Shown one piece after another: positions 7,605 to 15,290 of a stretch of DNA of 24,000 nt; positions within the stretch are counted from its first letter, which is position 1, and each line of letters starts with the position of its first letter. The DNA is from Candidatus Contubernalis alkaliaceticus (GTDB taxonomy: Bacteria > Bacillota > Dethiobacteria > SKNC01), in contig NZ_CP054699.1 in the NCBI RefSeq assembly GCF_022558445.1, forward strand, positions 2,154,004 through 2,178,003, in the 5' to 3' direction. Made by a program: the position numbers and the translations under genes. Under the pieces are notes generated by a model. That model saw only the letters and a list, made by a program, of their open reading frames with translations, ran no database searches and had not been told where the DNA came from.

Positions 7605-8471
7605 TTATTGAACAAATGTTGCATGATGAATACTTTTAAAAGACTGCAATGTGTTAAGCATAAACATGGTATCCGTCATGGCTCCCACTTCTCCAGGAGG
7701 GGTGATAAAACCAGCTACCTGTGAAACTTTTAAGAAATCCACATCTCCCAGAACCCTGTCTCCCACCCGGTTTATGCCTACATCAATTACCACCGCACCA
7801 GGTTTCACCCATTCCTTTTTTACCAGCTGAGGACGACCGATAGCCACTACTAATACATCGGCCATATAACAGACTTCAGGAAGATTAGCTGTACGGGAAT
7901 GACATGTTGTCACTGTAGCGTCTTGTTGAAGAAGAATCGCCGACATAGGCTTTCCCATAATGTTGCTTCGGCCCACTACAACGGCATGTTTTCCCTTCAA
8001 ATCGTAATTGATACTCGTAAGCATTTTTAAGCAGGCCAGGGGAGCAATGGGAATATGAGTTTCTTCCTCCCCTAAAATCAAGTTTCCCATATTAGCCGGA
8101 TGAAGGCCGTCAACCTCCTTATGGGGTTGAACTGCCTCTATCACTCTGTGTTCATCGAGATAATCGGGTAGCGGAAGCTGCACACGAATGGCATGGATAT
8201 TATTATTACTATTGAACCTATGAATTACGGCAATTAATTCTTCTTGGTTGATGGTTGCCGGGAAGCTCTTCACTACAGAAAAAAAACCCAACTCCTCTGC
8301 CATCTTCTCTTTGTCTAAAGCACTGGCCCTGGATACAGGATTATCCCCCACCAATATAATGGACAAACCGGGGCGTTTTCCTGTCTGCTCCCTGATTTTA
8401 TGGACCTCTTTAATGATTTCATCTTTGATTGCTTTTTCAACAACCGGTCCCCTGATTAGTTCGGCTGTCAT
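7605..8471 (-). CDS. folD: Bifunctional-type methylenetetrahydrofolate dehydrogenase/cyclohydrolase FolD
   Basis: 288 aa with PGLSIILVGDNP, VQLPLP, KEVDGLHP, VVGRSNIMGKPMS, TTCHSRT, IDVGINR. The catalytic Lys and Gln positions are retained. The Tyr of YxxxK reads Ser (SALDK). Confidence 0.9.
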   Translation of the reverse strand: MTAELIRGPVVEKAIKDEIIKEVHKIREQTGKRPGLSIILVGDNPVSRASALDKEKMAEELGFFSVVKSFPATINQEELIAVIHRFNSNNNIHAIRVQLPLPDYLDEHRVIEAVQPHKEVDGLHPANMGNLILGEEETHIPIAPLACLKMLTSINYDLKGKHAVVVGRSNIMGKPMSAILLQQDATVTTCHSRTANLPEVCYMADVLVVAIGRPQLVKKEWVKPGAVVIDVGINRVGDRVLGDVDFLKVSQVAGFITPPGEVGAMTDTMFMLNTLQSFKSIHHATFVQ

Positions 8472-8622
8472 TAAAAATTCCCTTCTAAAACAAATTTTAT
8501 GTATGTGAAATTCCTTTTAACTTGTGAAAGCAATATCACGGTACCAATTAGTTAATTTCTCCATTACCATAATAAAATCCTTTTTTCAAACAATTATTTT
8601 TAGACTTTTTTAAAATTTTAAA

Positions 8623-9570
8623 TTACTGCAACTTATATAATACATTTCTTATCAAGCCATAATATGAGATTCCTACAGCATTGTCTGAAGATAATTTTGA
8701 ACCGGCGAAATAAAACCGACACTCCGGCAGTCTTATCTCTAACTGCTGTCTGATAAAAACATTAGAACCTACTCCCCCTACTATCATCACCTCTTTTATT
8801 CCCGTTTCCCGTATCCCCTGCTTTAAAACAGCCACCAGAGAATTAATGGCACATATTTCAATTCCTCTGGCCAAATCCCATGGTTCTATGATGCTGCTGC
8901 TCATCAACCTCTCCACATGGGAAAGGGGACCGGAAAAACTGGTCCAGCAGCCCTTTATTGAAACAGGTATAGGAATAGGGTTCCTGCTCTCACGCGCCAG
9001 CTTCTCTAGGGACGGCCCACAGGGAAAGGACAGGCCTAGTTTAACTCCGACCCTGTCAATGAACTGCCCTAAAGGCAGGTCAGAACTTCCTCCTATCATA
9101 TCCAAGGTTAGAGCTTGACTTTCTTTATTAACTTTCATTAATTCCGTGGTGCCCCCGGAAATATGAAGGACTAAAAAATCCGCCGGATGCTCCTGGACAG
9201 AAAATAAGCCTGCCCAGATATGCCCCTCCTGATGGGTGGTGGGATAAAGAGGGACTCCCAGCAGACGGGAAAAACTTAAAGCATAAGATTCCCCCACCTT
9301 AAATACCGGCATATATGAATTCTCAGCCGGCCTGGGTTTTACACTGACCGAAATACAGGAGGTTTTTTTAAAATCAAAATTATTTCCAGCTGTTTCCAAT
9401 AAAAGAGGGACATTCTTCATGTGCTGAAAAACAGCTTTTGACTGTCTTAAACCCTTATCCCCAGGTTTCACCTCCAGCAGTATTCTTTCATCAATTAACA
9501 ACTCCCCGTTATGATTCACAACCGCCAGGGAAGTAGTATATCCGCTGGTATCAAAACCCATAGAGTACAT
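8623..9570 (-). CDS. TsaD/Kae1 (Peptidase_M22, ASKHA fold) family protein, divergent paralog
   Basis: 315 aa. N-terminal GFDTSGYTTSLAVV (compare GIDTSCDET.VA), metal-binding HQEGH (the HxEGH motif of TsaD), ISGGTTEL and C-terminal SSDNAVGISYYG (compare CTDNGAMIA). Confidence 0.6.
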   Translation of the reverse strand: MYSMGFDTSGYTTSLAVVNHNGELLIDERILLEVKPGDKGLRQSKAVFQHMKNVPLLLETAGNNFDFKKTSCISVSVKPRPAENSYMPVFKVGESYALSFSRLLGVPLYPTTHQEGHIWAGLFSVQEHPADFLVLHISGGTTELMKVNKESQALTLDMIGGSSDLPLGQFIDRVGVKLGLSFPCGPSLEKLARESRNPIPIPVSIKGCWTSFSGPLSHVERLMSSSIIEPWDLARGIEICAINSLVAVLKQGIRETGIKEVMIVGGVGSNVFIRQQLEIRLPECRFYFAGSKLSSDNAVGISYYGLIRNVLYKLQ

Positions 9571-9638
9571 TCATATCACCAGCCTTTATAATAGAATAGT
9601 CCTCCTGCTTCTTCTGTTTTTTGAACATACACCCTGGT

Positions 9639-10049
9639 TTAACTTTTGCTATCCTTGTCTTTTAACACACTGTCAAGAATACCGTTTATAAATTTAGCTG
9701 AGTCATCCCCATTATAGACCTTCGCCAGTTCAATAGCTTCATTAACTGAAACCACCGGTGGGATATCCTCCTCAAACTTGATCTCGTATACCGCCAATCG
9801 TAAAAGGCTACGGTCAATCCCTGAAATACGAAGAATATTCCATCCACGCAGGTATTTCTGAATAAAGCCGTCAATAACCCCCATATGTTCTAAACATTTC
9901 TCAATGATCTCTTTTACCTGGATTTTTTCTGAGGCAGTTAACGTTTCTTCCTCCAGCCAGTTTTCTCCTAAAAAATCAGGCAGGTTATTACCCACATCGA
10001 TTTGAAAAAGCACTTTAAAAACTGTCTCTCTGACCCCTCTACGACTCAC
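9639..10049 (-). CDS. nusB: Transcription antitermination factor NusB
   Basis: 136 aa. R..RE.VFKVLFQ.D at the N-terminus, the RL...DRSLLRLAVYE box and NEAIELAK.Y..D.SAKFINGILD. GTG start 6 nt after GAGGAGGG. Confidence 0.92.
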   Translation of the reverse strand: MSRRGVRETVFKVLFQIDVGNNLPDFLGENWLEEETLTASEKIQVKEIIEKCLEHMGVIDGFIQKYLRGWNILRISGIDRSLLRLAVYEIKFEEDIPPVVSVNEAIELAKVYNGDDSAKFINGILDSVLKDKDSKS

Positions 10050-10093
10050 ACCATACCCTCCTCAAATGAAAAACCACCAACTTGGTGGCTAAA

Positions 10094-10327
10094 TTACCAA
10101 TCATGTTTGTTTGGAGGCCACAAATTTTCTAAAAAATTTTCCCAGTTATGGCTTTTCTCCATGACAGCACCTAAGTAAATTCCTAAAACCATACAGACCA
10201 TTATAAATGAGCCTTTTAAAAAACCAAATCTTAAGAAAATAAATCCCAAGATGAGTCCGGCCACCGCACCCAAAATTTTTCCCATATTTTCAATTAATAA
10301 TTCATTCCACCGGACGTTTTTCATCAA
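10094..10327 (-). CDS. Small integral membrane protein (DUF2273-like), third gene of the Asp23 module
   Basis: 77 aa with two hydrophobic helices (KILGAVAGLILGFIFLRFGFLKGSFIMVCMVLGIYLGAV). Lies directly after the AmaP-like gene, as in asp23 operons. Confidence 0.6.
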   Translation of the reverse strand: MMKNVRWNELLIENMGKILGAVAGLILGFIFLRFGFLKGSFIMVCMVLGIYLGAVMEKSHNWENFLENLWPPNKHDW

Positions 10328-10366
10328 AGCACCTCGCTTCTCATTTTTTTAATTAACTGTAGATGC

Positions 10367-10885
10367 TCATCCTGTCAAATTATCCAGAACTACTTTCACT
10401 TCAACCACTAAAATCCCTGTCATTAACTCCAAATGTTCTTTCACAGACATCTGAAGTTCTTCCACTAATTGAGGTATATTTTTTTGAGGGGGGCTGCTGA
10501 TATTTATACTTACCCCTATACCTTCCTTGAAATTTCTTACTTTAATTTTGTTTACTTTAGAATTGTCCTTTTGAGACACAGCATTCTGAACCAGATTCTC
10601 TACTGCCGGGACAGAGATATTAATATCCCCCAGAGCCACCTTTAAAGAAACATATTTTTGAATTTGAGAAACCTTAAGCCCTTTTAGCAAAAGGGGTAGT
10701 GCTATCGAGAGCAAAACCAAAGAGGGGACAACTAACCACAGATTACCATAATATAAGCCCAGGCCTGTCCTTACATATTCCAGAGATACCAAAGGCAGGG
10801 CTAAAAAAAATAATCCTATAGATATAAAAAGCAGAAGTAAAGCCATAAAAACTAAAAAAAATTTCTCCGTAAGTTTCATCGACAT
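10367..10885 (-). CDS. amaP: Alkaline shock response membrane anchor protein AmaP-like
   Basis: 172 aa. Two N-terminal TM helices then a soluble tail. Immediately downstream of an Asp23-family gene. The assignment rests on architecture and context. Confidence 0.55.
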   Translation of the reverse strand: MSMKLTEKFFLVFMALLLLFISIGLFFLALPLVSLEYVRTGLGLYYGNLWLVVPSLVLLSIALPLLLKGLKVSQIQKYVSLKVALGDINISVPAVENLVQNAVSQKDNSKVNKIKVRNFKEGIGVSINISSPPQKNIPQLVEELQMSVKEHLELMTGILVVEVKVVLDNLTG

Positions 10886-10905
10886 AACCCCTTTTCTAGC
10901 TAAAA

Positions 10906-10929
10906 CCCCCTGAAATCAGGTTCAGGGGG
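10906..10929 (-). terminator. GC-rich hairpin between asp23 and amaP (partial terminator/attenuator)
   Basis: CCCCCTGAA (10906-10914) pairs with TTCAGGGGG (10921-10929), a 9-bp stem with a 6-nt loop, flanked by A-run/T-run on both sides. On the minus strand it is followed by TTTTAGC. Confidence 0.5.
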
Positions 10930-10945
10930 TTTTATTATTTTAAAT

Positions 10946-11320
10946 CTATTCCTCTGTCTTCTGAAAACTTACTCCTTGTACTTGAATATTTATCTCAGAA
11001 ACCTTTAAACCAGTCATATATTCCACAGCCTTGATTACCTTCTCCTGCACCTCCATGGCTACGGAGGGAATGGGAATTCCATACTTTACAGTGATAAATA
11101 TATTAATGAAAGCTTCTGTCTCTCCTACTACAACCTTTACCCCTTTGGATAAATTTTTCTTTTTCAATATATCCACTATATCACCGGCAAATCCACCGCT
11201 CATCTCTGCTACGCCTTGGACTTCAGCAGTGGCCAGGCCTGCAATAATGGCAACAACCTCATCGGCTATTTTTATTGCCCCAAGTTCGCTGGTTTGGTTA
11301 TTCTCGGCCAATAATTTCAC
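10946..11320 (-). CDS. asp23: Asp23/Gls24-family (alkaline shock protein) envelope stress protein
   Basis: 124 aa. G.I.IADEVVA.IAGLAA.EV.GVA.M......D.........KGV.V.....E..I.I...V.YG..IP.V...VQ.KV..AVE.MTGL.V..INI.V.GV matches the DUF322/Asp23 pattern. Confidence 0.85.
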   Translation of the reverse strand: MKLLAENNQTSELGAIKIADEVVAIIAGLATAEVQGVAEMSGGFAGDIVDILKKKNLSKGVKVVVGETEAFINIFITVKYGIPIPSVAMEVQEKVIKAVEYMTGLKVSEINIQVQGVSFQKTEE

Positions 11321-11406
11321 CTCCTGAATTTTTCTGCTTGATTTCTTATATTATACCAATTATCACCGAAAAATTCAATTTACGAGGCTTTAATTTGACA
11401 AATATA

Positions 11407-11925
11407 TTAATTGTTAGCGATCACCAATATGTTTTCCAGCTTTTCTTCAGTTATTTTAGCTGTAGTTTCCGCGATTTGAAAAAACTCAGCATCGGTAATT
11501 TCCTCCGCCTTTACCACTACATTGGCTGCGCCATCTTTAAAAAAGAACACTACATCTTCAAAACCTTTGGCTTTAATCATATTCTCCAGCATCAGCTCCT
11601 GCTCCATTTTAGAAACTAAAGAGATTAATTTGTTCTCCGCCTCCTGCTTGGCTTCACTGCTGGAAGAGGTATTATTGACAATATCCTTTAGCAGCTCAAT
11701 TTCCTGTCCTCTTACCCGATCCCTCTGCATTCGATACTCCACAAAATAAGTGCTCCCATCTACTTCAACGTCCCCCAGATTTACAGTATCCTCAAGCATC
11801 CCCCTAATTCCATCATCCTGGGGAATAAGAGTTACTTCTTGAAGCTCTTTTTCAACGTTGAACCACCATATAAAACCAGAAAAAAGAGTTAACAAAACAA
11901 CCGCCCAAATAGTTTTATTGTTCAT
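11407..11925 (-). CDS. spoIIIAH: Stage III sporulation protein AH
   Basis: 172 aa. N-terminal TM anchor, FVEYRMQRDRVRGQEIELL, then E..LEN.IKAKGFEDVVFF..DG.ANVVVKAEE.T. Last gene of the spoIIIA block. Confidence 0.85.
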   Translation of the reverse strand: MNNKTIWAVVLLTLFSGFIWWFNVEKELQEVTLIPQDDGIRGMLEDTVNLGDVEVDGSTYFVEYRMQRDRVRGQEIELLKDIVNNTSSSSEAKQEAENKLISLVSKMEQELMLENMIKAKGFEDVVFFFKDGAANVVVKAEEITDAEFFQIAETTAKITEEKLENILVIANN

Positions 11926-11972
11926 ATAGATCCCTCCATTTTATAATCTTTTAAGCCCCCCGCTAAAAGGCA

Positions 11973-12638
11973 TTATCTGCCCCTGGGCAGTACCACTACT
12001 TTATGATAGGGAAGGTCTAAAATCGTTTTTACTGCCTCTACGATTTGAGACTTCTTTATGGGCTGCTCCACCCCCCGGGCTACCACCAAAACCCCCTGAA
12101 CTTCGGGATGTATCTCTTCTATGATTAAAGGTATTTCCTCTCCGTTTTCTCCCCTTCTCAACACTATATTATCCTTGTGGTTTTCTTCCATTATATCCCT
12201 AGACCCACCATCCTTGTCCCTTTCCTCCGTCTGCCGGATATTTTCCTCATAATTGGCAGCATAAATATATTTAGATCCAGCATAAAAACTAATCATGACT
12301 GAAACATCTGATACCCCCTCAATCTCGCCAAGAATGTTTTCCAGATCCTTTTCCATTTTCTCTTCCTGACTATCCTGTTTATTAGCAAAAACTGAAAGAG
12401 CTTCTTCCTCAGTCCAATTTACAGTCTCTGAGGGACTTTTGTCAGTGTTATTCGTAAAAAATGAACTGAACATCATCAATAAAGCCCCTGCCAATAATAT
12501 TAAAATCCATCTTAAATCTTTTTTTTGTTTAGTCATTTTCTGTTCATTCTTTTTATCTGGAGAACAGAACTGCACAAATATAAAATTATTTTTAAGCTTT
12601 TCCCAAAAAGCAGACAACTTACCCTCACCCCCAAACAC
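11973..12638 (-). CDS. spoIIIAG: Stage III sporulation protein AG
   Basis: 221 aa. A single TM (WILILLAGALLMMF) and the conserved C-terminus GVLVVARGVEQPIKKSQIVEAVKTILDLPYHKVVVLPRG, similar to B. subtilis SpoIIIAG. Confidence 0.88.
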   Translation of the reverse strand: MFGGEGKLSAFWEKLKNNFIFVQFCSPDKKNEQKMTKQKKDLRWILILLAGALLMMFSSFFTNNTDKSPSETVNWTEEEALSVFANKQDSQEEKMEKDLENILGEIEGVSDVSVMISFYAGSKYIYAANYEENIRQTEERDKDGGSRDIMEENHKDNIVLRRGENGEEIPLIIEEIHPEVQGVLVVARGVEQPIKKSQIVEAVKTILDLPYHKVVVLPRGR

Positions 12639-12645
12639 TGTAACC

Positions 12646-13269
12646 TTACTTCACAAAAAATAAATCTATTGAATCCTTTTCCAGAGAAAAATGGCTGGAA
12701 ACATCTTCAGCAATATTATCTAACTTAAAAAGATGCTCCTGTGTAAGCTCCTCCAATTCCTCTTCCGTCACCCCTTCACCCCCCACTTGAATTACCACTG
12801 AATCTATAAAAATACCCTCCTCCTGTTTTTCAGCTCTCCGCGGTTTTAAAGCAATACTCATAGCCAAAATATTTCCAAAATCTTCCCTTTCTATATCCTC
12901 AACAATTTCAACAGTAACGTTGACTATTTCTACCCCCCCGTAACTTTCCGCCAATTTCTTAATTTCGCCTGTTATACGGCGTTTATACTCCTTGGCAATC
13001 AAGCTCTGGGACTGCTGCACTGCATAATTATCCACATAACTTTGTCCTTCATAGATATGTATTTGAGACTTCAGAATTTCCATTTCCAAGTCCGGAACGA
13101 TCCTGAAAAGCTGCAGCATAGGATTTAAAATGCTGACTATAATAACCAAACCAACTATCAGCTTAATATAGGGCTGATACTTATTCTCCGGAAGGATTAA
13201 TTCCATAAAAGAAGCTAAAATAATAATAATTACTAAACTTTTTACCACTTGACTTATGGTGTGGAGCAA
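12646..13269 (-). CDS. spoIIIAF: Stage III sporulation protein AF
   Basis: 207 aa. Two N-terminal TM helices with the ELILPENKYQPYIKLIVGLVIIVSILNP motif. Correct position in the operon. Confidence 0.85.
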   Translation of the reverse strand: MLHTISQVVKSLVIIIILASFMELILPENKYQPYIKLIVGLVIIVSILNPMLQLFRIVPDLEMEILKSQIHIYEGQSYVDNYAVQQSQSLIAKEYKRRITGEIKKLAESYGGVEIVNVTVEIVEDIEREDFGNILAMSIALKPRRAEKQEEGIFIDSVVIQVGGEGVTEEELEELTQEHLFKLDNIAEDVSSHFSLEKDSIDLFFVK

Positions 13270-13282
13270 GAATTTTCACCCC

Positions 13283-14608
13283 TCATGTCCGTAACATAAC
13301 AGCTGCATTTCCTGCCCCCATAATTATCACCAGGATGATAAAAAAAATCATACTTACCGCTACAACTGCTGCAAAAATTAAAAGCAGGCTGTTGCCCATG
13401 GTGTTAAGGCAGTCACATAATGAACTATCCCCCAGAGGTTGTATAAGAGCAGAGGAAAACTTATAAATAAATACTATTGATATAATTTTCAAAAGGGGAA
13501 AAACCAGGGACAAAAAAAGGATTATAATTCCCGCCAGGACCAATCCATTTGTTAACAGCAAAGATGCTCCGATTACTGCTTCCAGAGCTTCGGCCACCAT
13601 CCCACCTACCACGGGGATAAAAACTCCTGTAACGAACTTCGCGGTGCGAAGAGTCACTCCGTCGCTTACCGCTCCCGCTACTCCACTAATGGAAAGTATA
13701 CCCACAAAAATAGTTAGAGATAAACCCATAATAAAAATGGCGGCGTCTTTAAATAACTGTCCTAACCTGGATATCTTAAAATTTTCTGAAAAACTATCCA
13801 ATAAAAGCAGCACCGTAGCTAAAAAAATTAAAGGAAAAACCAAATTTTTAACTAAAATCACTATAAAACTTGCAGAAAAAATAATCACCGGCTGAAATAT
13901 AGCAGCAGAACCCAGGCTTCCCAGGGTAGCTAACAAAGTTAGCAGCAGAGGAATGAGAGCCATAATAAAATCTGACATCCTCTCAATTACTGATTGTCCA
14001 ATACTGATGGCCAGGGAAAAACTCTGCAGAGCAATACTCATCAGCAATATAAATATGATTCCCTGAGCTAAACTGCTAAGCTTAGAACTGCTGAATGCCT
14101 GCTGCAGGTTTTTTAGAAGGACTGCAATCACCGCCAGGATTACCAGACGTCCCATAAAATACAAATTGGCCGTTACTTCCTTGAACAAATAACTGCAAAG
14201 ACCCTTAAATATTCCCATCAGGTCCAGCGGGCTTTCTCCTCTTCCCCTTATCCAATCAAAAATATCATTAAACTCCATGTGAGGCAGATAATCATCCATT
14301 TCTCCGGTAATCTCCTGCCAGTACTGCTCAATAATCTTTAAATCCACCACATCTTTTTGGTCTTCCCACAACTCTTCTTCCAAAGGCATGGCAAACAAAA
14401 CTGAAGACTTTAAAAACAAAACTAAAAATATTACCACCGTAGTAAAGGAGACGATTCTTTTTTTAGGCTGACAGTTGGACAATGGATCAGTTTGACAGTT
14501 AGGAACGAACTGATTTTTGTTATCTGTCAACTGTCCCCTGGCCTCCCCAGGTTTTGGTATTACCAAAACTTGCCACCGCACTTCACTGTTTTTTATTAAT
14601 TTATCCAT
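13283..14608 (-). CDS. spoIIIAE: Stage III sporulation protein AE (polytopic membrane protein); 5' end uncertain
   Basis: 441 aa. Strong similarity by eye to B. subtilis SpoIIIAE (GVTLRTAKFVTGVFIPVVGGM, IYKFSSALIQPLG). The ATG at 14608 has an AGGTGA SD 4 nt upstream. The first ~47 codons have no B. subtilis counterpart, and codons ~23-47 are encoded by a repeat element. Confidence 0.88.
   Translation of the reverse strand: MDKLIKNSEVRWQVLVIPKPGEARGQLTDNKNQFVPNCQTDPLSNCQPKKRIVSFTTVVIFLVLFLKSSVLFAMPLEEELWEDQKDVVDLKIIEQYWQEITGEMDDYLPHMEFNDIFDWIRGRGESPLDLMGIFKGLCSYLFKEVTANLYFMGRLVILAVIAVLLKNLQQAFSSSKLSSLAQGIIFILLMSIALQSFSLAISIGQSVIERMSDFIMALIPLLLTLLATLGSLGSAAIFQPVIIFSASFIVILVKNLVFPLIFLATVLLLLDSFSENFKISRLGQLFKDAAIFIMGLSLTIFVGILSISGVAGAVSDGVTLRTAKFVTGVFIPVVGGMVAEALEAVIGASLLLTNGLVLAGIIILFLSLVFPLLKIISIVFIYKFSSALIQPLGDSSLCDCLNTMGNSLLLIFAAVVAVSMIFFIILVIIMGAGNAAVMLRT
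14467..14540. repeat. Palindromic repeat (copy 2, compact) inside the 5' end of the spoIIIAE ORF
   Basis: Nested arms: GACAGTTGGACA (14470-14481) pairs with TGTCAACTGTC (14525-14535), and ATCAGTT (14486-14492) pairs with AACTGAT (14508-14514). It shares GCTGACAGTTGG, CAGTTAGGAACGA and TTATCTGTC.ACTGTCC with the expanded copy at 14635-14815. Confidence 0.7.
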
Positions 14609-14635
14609 GTTCTCACCTGTATTTTTATAATTTAG

Positions 14636-14877
14636 CTGACAGTTGGTCGGTTGGTCGGTTGGTCGGTTGGTCGGTTGGTCAGTTGGATAGTTGGATAGTT
14701 GGATAGTGGGATAGTTGGATAGTGGGATAGTGGGATAGTGGGTCAGTTAGGAACGATCTTTTTTTATTATTTGTCCAACTATCATCTATCCAACTGTTAT
14801 CTGTCCACTGTCCTGTCCAACTGTCATCTTTTGTCTGTTATCTATCTAACTATCCATCTATCCAACTATCCAACTAC
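14636..14877. repeat. Expanded palindromic repeat (copy 3): two opposed arrays of an 8-nt unit filling the spoIIIAD-spoIIIAE spacer
   Basis: Left arm 14645-14748 holds 13 head-to-tail octamers: GGTCGGTT x4, GGTCAGTT, GGATAGTT x2, GGATAGTG, GGATAGTT, GGATAGTG x3, GGTCAGTT. Central A/T-rich segment at ~14749-14772. The right arm (14773-14877) is a degenerate array of the complementary unit (CCAACTAT / CCAACTGT / CCAACTAC). Confidence 0.9.
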
Positions 14878-14884
14878 CCCCCAT

Positions 14885-15271
14885 TCAGGGAATTAAAGAA
14901 ATAATGGTTTCCAGGACTACTACCACCAAAGGTATTGCCAAAAATAATATTATGATTTTCCCTGCAAATTCTATCTTGCTGGCCGTGGTCCCCTCCCCTG
15001 CATCTCGGCAGACCTGGGCTCCAAACTCTGCAATGTATGCAATACCGATTATTTTTAAAAGGGTATTTAAATACAAAAGGTTAATGTCTGCCCTAATGGT
15101 CAATTCTTCTAATATATACAGCACACTGGATATATAGTTCATCATCGATAAAAAGATAATAACCCCTACGGCAATAGATAAAAATATAGCCAGCTCCGGT
15201 TTACTTTCCCTTAAGATTAATATAAAGACGGCGGCTAAAAGGCCAAGAGCTACAACCTGTATAATGGTCAT
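14885..15271 (-). CDS. spoIIIAD: Stage III sporulation protein AD
   Basis: 128 aa. The LLKIIGIAYIAEFGAQVCRDAGEGTTASKIEFAGKIIIL block is near-identical to B. subtilis SpoIIIAD. Confidence 0.93.
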   Translation of the reverse strand: MTIIQVVALGLLAAVFILILRESKPELAIFLSIAVGVIIFLSMMNYISSVLYILEELTIRADINLLYLNTLLKIIGIAYIAEFGAQVCRDAGEGTTASKIEFAGKIIILFLAIPLVVVVLETIISLIP

Positions 15272-15290
15272 AAATAAGGAAAACCTCCGG

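Noticed and set aside
9686-9874. 62-aa minus-strand ORF inside nusB in another frame
   Set aside because: It is fully embedded in the well-supported nusB frame, with no independent start signal. It is a frame-shadow artefact.
14645-14748. Possible CRISPR array or coding repeat
   Set aside because: The units are only 8 nt and directly abutting, with no spacers. The opposite arm is the inverted complement. No cas genes are present. This is a microsatellite-like expansion of a palindromic element, not CRISPR.
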